The translations under genes were made by a program, and so were the position numbers. A model generated the notes under the pieces. That model saw only the letters and a list, made by a program, of their open reading frames with translations. It was not told the DNA's origin and did not search any database. Of a DNA stretch of 64,000 nucleotides, positions 1 through 7,648 are shown one piece after another (within the stretch, counting starts at the first letter, position 1; every line of letters starts with the position of its first letter). Source of the DNA: Ignavibacteriales bacterium (GTDB taxonomy: Bacteria > Bacteroidota > Ignavibacteria > Ignavibacteriales > Melioribacteraceae); assembly GCA_026390775.1 (NCBI GenBank), contig JAPLFF010000003.1, positions 679,858 through 743,857 on the forward strand, written 5' to 3'.

Positions 1-897
1 ATCATATCTTACTGCACTTAAATGAATAGATTTAAAATCTATCCAGCTAGAATTACGGTAACCACTACTCAATGTTTGAGATACTTTAGCATAAAAAGAA
101 TATTTATTCGAAATTAACCCGCTTGAAAATTGTGCAGAATATTTTCGTGTATTAAAACTTCCAATCGAACTCGAGAATTCCATAATAGGTTTATCCGAAA
201 AAGTAGAAGTTATTATATTAATCGAACCTCCTACCGCAGGATAACCAGCCATTCCGGAGCCGGCACCACGCTGAATTTGAATGAGTTCTGTACTTTCTAG
301 TAGATCAGGAAAATCAAGCCAGTAAACATTATTGTCTTCAGGATCATTTTGAGGAATGCCGTTAATCGAAACCGAAATTCTTCTTTGATCGAATCCACGA
401 ATACTCAGATAATTATAACCAAGTCCATTCCCGTTCTCAGAATAAAATGTTACGGATGGTTGGTAGCTTAAGAATTCAGGTATATCTTGATTAGTATATG
501 TTTCTCTTAACGTTAGTTTACTAATTTTTGAATATGTAACCGGTGTAGTTCCTTCATTACCGATACTACCCTTAACAAGTATTGTTTGGCTGGTAATAAT
601 TTTACTTTTTAGATATACTATATCATTATACTGCTTCTGAAATTGTTCAACACTAACTTTTATTGGCTCAAATCCAACATGAGAAAATAAAATTATCTCA
701 TCGGGTTTTATATACTCGCGAAATTCAAAATCTCCTTCTTGATTTGTTGTTACAATTTCTTTTTCCGTTTCAATTGTAACGGTTACAAATGGAATTGGTG
801 ATTTATCATCGCTATTTAACACTTTACCTTTGAGGACTATATTTTGTGCTAATATAACAGCAGTATTAAACAAGAAAAGAACAATTAAGTATTTCAT
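1..897 (-). CDS. TonB-dependent outer-membrane receptor, N-terminal part (gene continues past the left window edge)
   Basis: Absent from the ORF track because it is open at the window edge. My reverse-complement translation from ATG (897-895) gives MKYLIVLFLFNTAVILAQNIVLKGKVLNSDDKSPIPFVTVTIETEKE (signal peptide plus carboxypeptidase-regulatory-like domain). A plug-like segment follows: ...INGIPQNDPEDNNVYWLDFPDLLESTELIQIQRGAGSGMAGY. GGAG RBS is the complement of 905-908. Confidence 0.85.
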   Translation of the reverse strand, partial: MKYLIVLFLFNTAVILAQNIVLKGKVLNSDDKSPIPFVTVTIETEKEIVTTNQEGDFEFREYIKPDEIILFSHVGFEPIKVSVEQFQKQYNDIVYLKSKIITSQTILVKGSIGNEGTTPVTYSKISKLTLRETYTNQDIPEFLSYQPSVTFYSENGNGLGYNYLSIRGFDQRRISVSINGIPQNDPEDNNVYWLDFPDLLESTELIQIQRGAGSGMAGYPAVGGSINIITSTFSDKPIMEFSSSIGSFNTRKYSAQFSSGLISNKYSFYAKVSQTLSSGYRNSSWIDFKSIHLSAVRYD

Positions 898-920
898 TTT
901 ATTTCTCCTTTCAGAAAGAA

Positions 921-947
921 ATTAAAAAGCCGTTTGGGAAAACGGCT
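921..947 (-). terminator. Intrinsic terminator acting as expression platform of the TPP riboswitch
   Basis: On the minus strand AGCCGTTT-tccc-AAACGGCT forms an 8-bp stem followed by TTTTT. The 5' arm plus loop (CCGTTTTCC, 937-945) is perfectly complementary to GGAAAACGG at the aptamer 3' end (967-975), giving an alternative antiterminator pairing. Confidence 0.7.
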
Positions 948-959
948 ACACTTAATTAT

Positions 960-1048
960 TCCTATCCCGTTTTCCTACGCTGGCATTACCCAGATCAGGT
1001 TTAAGGGTTTTTTCTCAGCCACTCTATCTTACGAGGGCACCCCTAACA
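960..1048 (-). promoter_or_regulatory. TPP (thiamine pyrophosphate, THI-box) riboswitch aptamer
   Basis: The minus strand reads AGGGGUGCCCUCGUAAGAUAGAGUGGCUGAGAAAAAACCCUUAAACCUGAUCUGGGUAAUGCCAGCGUAGGAAAACGGG. It contains the conserved GGGGUGC, CUGAGA, ACCC and ACCUGAUCUGG-UAAUGCCAGCGUAGG blocks of the THI element, as in E. coli thiM. Confidence 0.9.
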
Positions 1049-1073
1049 GCTTGAATTTATTTATTAGAACAAT

Positions 1074-3683
1074 TTAATTTTGAATTTTTATACTTTGACC
1101 AATTTTCACACGTTCGTCTTTTAACTTATTCCATTCAATTAAATCTTTTACATGTACTTGATATTTCTTTGCAATTGTCCAAAGAGATTCACCTTCTTTA
1201 ATCTTATGCATAGTAGATGAACTTTTTGAAGATCTTTCATTAGCATTCTCTTTAGAATTATTTTTACTGACTAACTCTTTTTTGGATTTTTCAACTTTAG
1301 ATGCATCAATATCAGAATAAATTGAAATTGATTTTCCAGCAACGAGTTTATTACTGCTTAAATTATTCCACTGTTTAATATCAGCAATAGTTACTTTGAA
1401 CATTTCTGCAATTTCACCAATAGTGTTGCCTGGTTTAATTTTATAACTAACAACATTAGATTCTTTTCGAGTTGTATTATCACCTAACGATTTTGCTATG
1501 TCTTTACCGTGTACTGCTAACATAGAACCAATTACAATTTTATTAGATGAAAGTTTATTCCATTTTCTTAATTGAGCTGTCGTTGCACCAAACTTTTCTG
1601 CTATCTCACCAAGAGAATCACCTCTTTTAACTTTATATTTTGTAATTCTTCCATTATTGTTACCGCTTGAATTATTGCTCGCGATTCTCTTTGTATCACC
1701 TGAATAAATCATTAATTTTTTACCGCGCACAAGTCTATTACTTTTTAAGTTATTCCATTCCTTTATTTGTGAAGTGGAAACACCATATCTATTTGCTATA
1801 CTTGAAAGTGATTCACCATTTCTAATACGGTGCTCTACCCAAGTATCACCAGAATTAACAAATATTAGATTATTCTTTTCTGCTTCACTCATCTTATCTA
1901 ATGAAGAAAAATATTCGACTTTTTCATTCGGTTCATAAATGCTAAGTTCTTGCCCTACTTTAATTGTAGTTGTATAAGGCAGATTATTCCAATTTCTGAT
2001 ATCTGTTACACGAACTTTGAACAAATCAGCAATATCAATTAAATTATCTTTACTTTTAACAGTATAAGTTACCGGCGATTTTCCTTCCGGTTTAATAAAC
2101 TTAACTGAATCACCAGCCATTGCTTGATACATTTTTGTAAATTTATCCTGATCAACATTATTTGTAAGTTCTAATTTATACGATGGACTTTCACCTAATG
2201 ATTTAATTTCTTCTTCAACTGCAGGAAGAATATCAGTATTAACTGCTATATCGTTCTCATTTATTTTGGATACCGGAATTCTTAATTCGGTACCGGGTTG
2301 AAGTTTTGTTCGTGTAGAGATATTATTCAAATCAGCAAGTTGAGTTATGCTTACATCGTACTTTGCTGCAATTCCAGATAATTTTTCTCCGTGTTTTACA
2401 GTATGTGATGAATATAAAATCTTTGCATTGTCTGGAATATTTTTTAGATTTTCTACAAAAGCATCAAACGATTTTGATGGAATGCGCAGTGGATAACCAC
2501 CGTCGTAATCTGTAGGAGTAATACTTTGAGTAAGTTCCGGATTCATCTCACGCAATAGTTCAACACTTATCCCGGCACATTTAGCTAAAATTCCAAGATC
2601 AATCGCCTCATTAATTTTATAAATAGTAAACTCATGGGGTTTTTCATACTGAATATTTGTAAAGCCATATTTTTCATGTTGACTTGCAATAAGAGTAACA
2701 GCTATATATTGTGGAATATAATTTCGTGTTTCTCTAGGTAAGTACGGCCTGATAGCCCAAAAATCACTTGAACCTGATCGTCTCATAGCTTTGCGAACTC
2801 TTCCTTCACCGCTATTATATGATGCTACAGCTAAATACCAATCTCCTAATGAAGAATATAAATCTCTAAGATGTTTGGCAGCAGCACGTGTCGCTTTTGC
2901 AGGATCTCTTCTTTCATCAATATTAAAACTTACACTTAGATCATACAAACGTGCTGTTCCTTTTACGAATTGCCACATTCCTACTGCTTTTGCCCATGAA
3001 CGAGCAAACGGACTCAGACCGCTTTCAGGCATACTTAGAAAGATTAATTGCTGAGGTACTTTTTCTTCTTCAAAAATTTTAGCCATTAATGGAAAATATT
3101 TACCGGAACGAGAAAGCCAACTTTCTATATAATGTCTTCCTTTGCCAGTAAAATATTCTATGTACTGTTCAACATAGCGATTAACTTCTAATGGAAAGTC
3201 TCCAACAACAACTATAACACTCTTTTCAACCGGTACAGGTTTTGTACTATCTTCCTCTGCTATAACATCCGGAATTTTCTTATTCATCCACTCGTCTAAA
3301 GCACTGATAGATGCATTTTCAGGTAATTCTTCCAAACCTTCAATATACTTTTGGTAATCTTCCACAATTGAATTTTCTAACTCAACGTAGGTTGTGTTTT
3401 CTTCTATATCTGGATAATAGCTAAGTTTATTTACTGAGGATAGAGCTGATTCAAAATAATTAAGAGTCTCAACTTTAAAACCGAGTTTTTGTTGGTATAA
3501 CGCATTAACATAATCTTTACGGGCACTTTCCAACAATTCATTAATATTAGAAGAAGATTCTACTGTGCGTACCGTATCTTTAATAGTTTGTGTTGTAAAT
3601 TTTTGTGATGATTTGAAAACTGAACATGAGGACAAAACAACTGTAACAAACAAAACTATTGGTAGGAATAGCAGTTTTTTCAC
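1074..3683 (-). CDS. MltD-like lytic murein transglycosylase lipoprotein with six C-terminal LysM repeats
   Basis: 869-aa ORF with a lipoprotein-type signal (VLSSCS). The SLT core reads ...[20 protein letters not shown]...[12 protein letters not shown]. Six LysM-like units follow the pattern H/Y-x-V/I-K-x-G-[DE]-[ST]-L..IA......L..WN.L. Start codon is GTG. Confidence 0.9.
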   Translation of the reverse strand: MKKLLFLPIVLFVTVVLSSCSVFKSSQKFTTQTIKDTVRTVESSSNINELLESARKDYVNALYQQKLGFKVETLNYFESALSSVNKLSYYPDIEENTTYVELENSIVEDYQKYIEGLEELPENASISALDEWMNKKIPDVIAEEDSTKPVPVEKSVIVVVGDFPLEVNRYVEQYIEYFTGKGRHYIESWLSRSGKYFPLMAKIFEEEKVPQQLIFLSMPESGLSPFARSWAKAVGMWQFVKGTARLYDLSVSFNIDERRDPAKATRAAAKHLRDLYSSLGDWYLAVASYNSGEGRVRKAMRRSGSSDFWAIRPYLPRETRNYIPQYIAVTLIASQHEKYGFTNIQYEKPHEFTIYKINEAIDLGILAKCAGISVELLREMNPELTQSITPTDYDGGYPLRIPSKSFDAFVENLKNIPDNAKILYSSHTVKHGEKLSGIAAKYDVSITQLADLNNISTRTKLQPGTELRIPVSKINENDIAVNTDILPAVEEEIKSLGESPSYKLELTNNVDQDKFTKMYQAMAGDSVKFIKPEGKSPVTYTVKSKDNLIDIADLFKVRVTDIRNWNNLPYTTTIKVGQELSIYEPNEKVEYFSSLDKMSEAEKNNLIFVNSGDTWVEHRIRNGESLSSIANRYGVSTSQIKEWNNLKSNRLVRGKKLMIYSGDTKRIASNNSSGNNNGRITKYKVKRGDSLGEIAEKFGATTAQLRKWNKLSSNKIVIGSMLAVHGKDIAKSLGDNTTRKESNVVSYKIKPGNTIGEIAEMFKVTIADIKQWNNLSSNKLVAGKSISIYSDIDASKVEKSKKELVSKNNSKENANERSSKSSSTMHKIKEGESLWTIAKKYQVHVKDLIEWNKLKDERVKIGQSIKIQN

Positions 3684-3820
3684 ACAGACTCCGTTGTATT
3701 GAATTTTGATTGCAATTTAATCTCTTACGTTTGGATTGTCAAGTTACTTATCATATTCCTGAACTTTAGTAATTGATATTAAAGGAGTTATAAAAATAAT
3801 TTTTCGCCGAAAAGAATTTA

Positions 3821-5365
3821 CTAAAGTGGAATATTACAATGTTTTTTCTTTGGATTTGTATCAACTTTCGTTTTTAGTAATTGAAATGCCTGAATGATCT
3901 TGATTTTTGTTTCTCTGGGGATTATAACTTCATCAATATATCCACGTTCTGCTGCAATATAAGGATTCGTAAACTTTTCTATATACTCGGATAGTTTTTC
4001 ATTTAATTTAGCTTCGGGATTTTTATCTGATGTAATTTCTTTCTTGAAAATAATTTCAACAGCTCCTTTCGGACCCATCACAGCTATCTCAGCACTTGGC
4101 CAGGCAAAATTAAAATCGCCTCTAATGTGTTTTGAATTCATAACATCGTAAGCACCACCGTAAGCTTTGCGTATTATTACTGTGACTTTAGGAACTGTAG
4201 CTTCACAGAATGCAAAAAGCAATTTGGATCCATGACGGATAATACCATTCCACTCTTGCTCAGTACCAGGTAAAAATCCCGGTACATCTTCCAAGACAAG
4301 TAACGGAATATTAAACGAATCACAAAAACGAATAAAGCGGGCTCCTTTTACTGATGAATTAATATCCAAAACTCCTGCTAAAACCATTGGCTGATTTGCA
4401 ACAACACCAACTACTACTCCGCCAACTCTTCCAAATCCTACAATAATATTTTGAGCATAATTTTCATGTACTTCTAAGAAATCACCATCGTCAAGAAGCG
4501 TGAAAATAATTTCTTTCATGTCATATGGTTTATTGGGGTTATCTGGAATTATTCTGTCTAATTTTTCTTCTATAAGATTTTTTGTTAGATCAAAATCCTT
4601 TTCAGGGGGGAGATCTTTCCAATTCAATGGAAGATAACTTAAAAGCTTTCTGATATTATCCAATACTTCCACTTCACTATCAAAGATAAAATGTGCAACG
4701 CCACTTTTTGTTGCATGAGTATCGGCTCCTCCAAGATCTTCAAAACTAACTTCTTCATGAGTAACTGTTTTAACTACGTTGGGACCAGTAACAAACATAT
4801 GGCTTGTGTTTTTTACCATGAATACAAAATCTGTAATAGCCGGTGAATAAACAGCTCCGCCTGCACATGGACCCAATACAGCAGAAATTTGGGGTACAAC
4901 ACCTGAAGCTAATGTATTACGAAGAAATATTTCTGCATATCCGCCAAGACTGACAACCCCCTCTTGAATTCTAGCACCGCCTGAATCATTTAGACCAACA
5001 ACCGGAATACCAATCTTCATTGCCATATCCAACACTTTACAAATTTTTTCTGCATGAGATTCTGATAACGATCCGCCAAAAACTGTAAAGTCTTGACTGA
5101 ACAATGCAACTTGTCTTCCGTTAATTTTTGCAAAACCCGTAATTACTCCATCTCCGGCAATTTTTTGTTTGTCTAATCCAAAATCACTTGTCCTATGTTT
5201 TACGAACATATCAATTTCATTAAAACTTCCTTCATCAACTAATAATTGAATTCTTTCCCGTGCGGTTAATTTTCCCTTACCATGTTGTGCTTTTATTCTT
5301 TCACTTCCACCGCCGAGCTTCGCTTCTTCACGCAGCTTTATAAGTTTATCAATTTTTTCTTTCAC
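3821..5365 (-). CDS. Acyl-CoA carboxylase carboxyltransferase subunit (propionyl-CoA carboxylase beta / methylmalonyl-CoA decarboxylase alpha family)
   Basis: 514 aa, collinear with the PccB/MmdA family (...[15 protein letters not shown]...; GGARIQEGV; [22 protein letters not shown]; AYGGAY). No biotin carrier or biotin carboxylase partner lies in the window. Confidence 0.9.
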   Translation of the reverse strand: MKEKIDKLIKLREEAKLGGGSERIKAQHGKGKLTARERIQLLVDEGSFNEIDMFVKHRTSDFGLDKQKIAGDGVITGFAKINGRQVALFSQDFTVFGGSLSESHAEKICKVLDMAMKIGIPVVGLNDSGGARIQEGVVSLGGYAEIFLRNTLASGVVPQISAVLGPCAGGAVYSPAITDFVFMVKNTSHMFVTGPNVVKTVTHEEVSFEDLGGADTHATKSGVAHFIFDSEVEVLDNIRKLLSYLPLNWKDLPPEKDFDLTKNLIEEKLDRIIPDNPNKPYDMKEIIFTLLDDGDFLEVHENYAQNIIVGFGRVGGVVVGVVANQPMVLAGVLDINSSVKGARFIRFCDSFNIPLLVLEDVPGFLPGTEQEWNGIIRHGSKLLFAFCEATVPKVTVIIRKAYGGAYDVMNSKHIRGDFNFAWPSAEIAVMGPKGAVEIIFKKEITSDKNPEAKLNEKLSEYIEKFTNPYIAAERGYIDEVIIPRETKIKIIQAFQLLKTKVDTNPKKKHCNIPL

Positions 5366-5377
5366 AGATTAATTCCT

Positions 5378-6121
5378 TTATATAGAAAGATTGAACAACT
5401 GTGAATCATTTTTTTTGAAGGATTTTTCGATTTGCGATCTTAACTGAATAAATTTTTCGGAATCATAAATTAATTCGTTACGTTCTTTAGGAAGATCTAC
5501 CATAAGATCAGCTATAATCTCTCCAGGACTTTTTCCCATTAGGTAAATTTTATCGGATAAGAATAGCACCTCGGTAATATTTGTAGTAGCTAAAAGGAAA
5601 GTTGTTTTCAATGTCTTTTGTGTCTCTCGTATCAGCAATAAAATTTCTTTCTTAGTTTGAATATCCATTTGGTTGGATGGTTCATCTAATAGAATTACCG
5701 CCGGGTGATGTGCCAACGAACGAGCCAAAGCTATTCTAAAACGGAAACCAAAACTTTTATTATTCGGATGAAACGAATCATATCCTTCCAATCCGACAAA
5801 TCTTATAATACTTTTTATTTCCGAAGAATCTTTTTTTAGTAATCCAAGAGAAATATTTTCCTTAACATTTAACCAAGGGAATGATGACGGCTGCGAAGGT
5901 ATATAAACAATTTTGTGATCCCCATTTTTCATAACATCGCCATGCGTTGCATATTCTAATCCGGAAATAATTTTCAGTAATGTAGACTTTCCTGAACCGC
6001 TTGGTGCAATAATAGAAGTGATTTTCTCAAAAGGTACTTTTAATGAAATATTATTCAACAAAATATTTTTGAATCCATTATCATCAGTATATATTTTGGA
6101 AACATTTTTAACTTCAATCAT
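5378..6121 (-). CDS. ABC transporter ATP-binding protein (NitT/TauT-like) with degenerate signature and H-loop
   Basis: Walker A is APSGSGKST and Walker B is ILLDEP. KSFGFR stands in place of LSGGQ, and ATTN in place of the VTHD H-loop. It overlaps the upstream permease gene by 4 nt. Confidence 0.8.
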   Translation of the reverse strand: MIEVKNVSKIYTDDNGFKNILLNNISLKVPFEKITSIIAPSGSGKSTLLKIISGLEYATHGDVMKNGDHKIVYIPSQPSSFPWLNVKENISLGLLKKDSSEIKSIIRFVGLEGYDSFHPNNKSFGFRFRIALARSLAHHPAVILLDEPSNQMDIQTKKEILLLIRETQKTLKTTFLLATTNITEVLFLSDKIYLMGKSPGEIIADLMVDLPKERNELIYDSEKFIQLRSQIEKSFKKNDSQLFNLSI

Positions 6122-6876
6122 TCGGCACCCCAGTAAATAATTTTATTGTTGACAAATCTTATTACTGAATTACCCAGCCAAATCAATAACGACAATATTA
6201 TTGCTAAAGTATATAATCCTGTAAAATCTTTATAATCTAATGCTGTACGGAATATAAATCCAAAACCATGAGTGTTATCAATAAATTCATAAGTTAAAAT
6301 TAATGTCCAAAGCGATAAGTGTACTTTCTCATAATATTTTGTCAATGCTGGCAATGCGGATTTCCAATAAACCTTTTTATTAATATCACTTTGTGATAAG
6401 TTGAGATTCCGGGCTACGAGTAAATATTCTTCTTTTATTTTCTTTGATTCATCAAACAATTTATTCATGGAGAAGAAAGCAGTAACCGAAAATCCAAATA
6501 ATAATTCTGCAAACAGATTATTAGGCAACCAGAAATTGAAAAGTACAACAATAAAAAATATCGGTATGAATCTGAATATTTGGAATGACAGAATTGAATA
6601 TCGCATTTCAATAAATAATTTTATAAAGTATTTAGCTCCGACATAAACAAATAATACGCTTAATGTAATAGCGACATATATTACAGATGTGGTTGTAGTA
6701 AACGCAAAAAGTAATTTATAATCTGACCAAATATGAATGAAGGATTCATACAGTGAGCTTGGTTTAGGCAGTACTTTGTTAATCGGCAATATGAATTCGA
6801 ATAAAACGATATAAACAAAAAGTAGAGTAATAAATAATACAACACTATTTTTGAGTAATATTTTTTTCTCTTTCAT
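6118..6876 (-). CDS. ABC transporter permease (binding-protein-dependent type, NitT/TauT-like)
   Basis: 252 aa with about 6 hydrophobic segments and an EAA-like loop (EEYLLVARNLNLSQSDINKKVYWKSALPAL). Translationally coupled to the ATPase. Confidence 0.75.
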   Translation of the reverse strand: MKEKKILLKNSVVLFITLLFVYIVLFEFILPINKVLPKPSSLYESFIHIWSDYKLLFAFTTTTSVIYVAITLSVLFVYVGAKYFIKLFIEMRYSILSFQIFRFIPIFFIVVLFNFWLPNNLFAELLFGFSVTAFFSMNKLFDESKKIKEEYLLVARNLNLSQSDINKKVYWKSALPALTKYYEKVHLSLWTLILTYEFIDNTHGFGFIFRTALDYKDFTGLYTLAIILSLLIWLGNSVIRFVNNKIIYWGAE

Positions 6877-6943
6877 TACTTTTGAATTGCATCCTTAATA
6901 TTTCCGTAATCAATTTATCCATTAATCGCCGTTAAATCAATTA

Positions 6944-7588
6944 TCACTTTTTGAAAAAAGGATTGTTCTTTTTCTCATCTACAATCGTGCTTTGTGATTC
7001 ATGCCCGGGATAGATAATTGTTTCACCTGGCAATGTGAAAAGTTTTGTCCTTATGGAATCTAGCAACATTTCATAATCACCGCCCCAAAGATCAGTTCTA
7101 CCGATGCTTCTTCTAAATAATACATCACCGGTAAAACATATTTTTTCTTTTTCGAAATAAAGACAATATTCTCCGGGCGTATGTCCTGGAGTAAGAATAA
7201 ATTTTCCTATTGATTCACCAAGAATGAATGGCTCTGTTTCATCAATGAATTTATCTGGTTTAGGCGAAGGTGAAAAATCCACTCCATAATTTTTTGCGGC
7301 ATCAATCATTAAATCTAGCATAAATAAATCTTTTTCCGGTGCTAAAAATGTTGGATTATATTTTTCTTTTACGTAAGCATTACCAAAAATATGATCAATG
7401 TGGCAGTGAGTATTAACAAGATATTTTATTTGCAGCAATTCTTTTTTAATAAATTCATTTAATACACTTCTTTCTTTATCATCGTTACATCCCGGATCAA
7501 TAATTGCCGCATACTTTGTACTTTCATCCCAGATTAAATAAGTATTTTCATAGAAAGGACTGAAGACGAATCGTTGAATATTGAGCAT
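6944..7588 (-). CDS. MBL-fold metallo-hydrolase (glyoxalase II-like)
   Basis: 214 aa with the HCHIDH metal-binding motif, TPGHTPG, a later D..F and a terminal H. This is typical of the hydroxyacylglutathione-hydrolase-like family. Confidence 0.85.
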   Translation of the reverse strand: MLNIQRFVFSPFYENTYLIWDESTKYAAIIDPGCNDDKERSVLNEFIKKELLQIKYLVNTHCHIDHIFGNAYVKEKYNPTFLAPEKDLFMLDLMIDAAKNYGVDFSPSPKPDKFIDETEPFILGESIGKFILTPGHTPGEYCLYFEKEKICFTGDVLFRRSIGRTDLWGGDYEMLLDSIRTKLFTLPGETIIYPGHESQSTIVDEKKNNPFFKK

Positions 7589-7648
7589 CTATCCGCCGCT
7601 CCCAATTTTCTCAACTATCTTATAATGTGTAATTGTTTGGCCAATCAT
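7589..7648 (-). pseudogene. 19-codon relic of the 5' end of a fourth Hanks-type kinase gene (possible relay ORF)
   Basis: My translation is ATGATTGGCCAAACAATTACACATTATAAGATAGTTGAGAAAATTGGGAGCGGCGGATAG = MIGQTITHYKIVEKIGSGG*. Compare MIGKTISHYKILEKLGEGGMG at the N-termini of the upstream kinases. Its ATG overlaps the TGA of the preceding kinase (ATGA, 7645-7648). Its TAG abuts the ATG of the MBL gene (7588). Confidence 0.8.

Noticed and set aside
2791-3054. 87-aa ORF antisense to the lytic transglycosylase gene, plus similar antisense or nested ORFs listed in the track (e.g. 6401..6646, 15315..15626, 18055..18270, 25038..25316, 32753..33244, 39495..39770, 49552..50142, 57273..57623)
   Set aside because: Each is fully embedded in a longer ORF with clear family-level homology. 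The translations lack motifs and look like mirror-frame artefacts.
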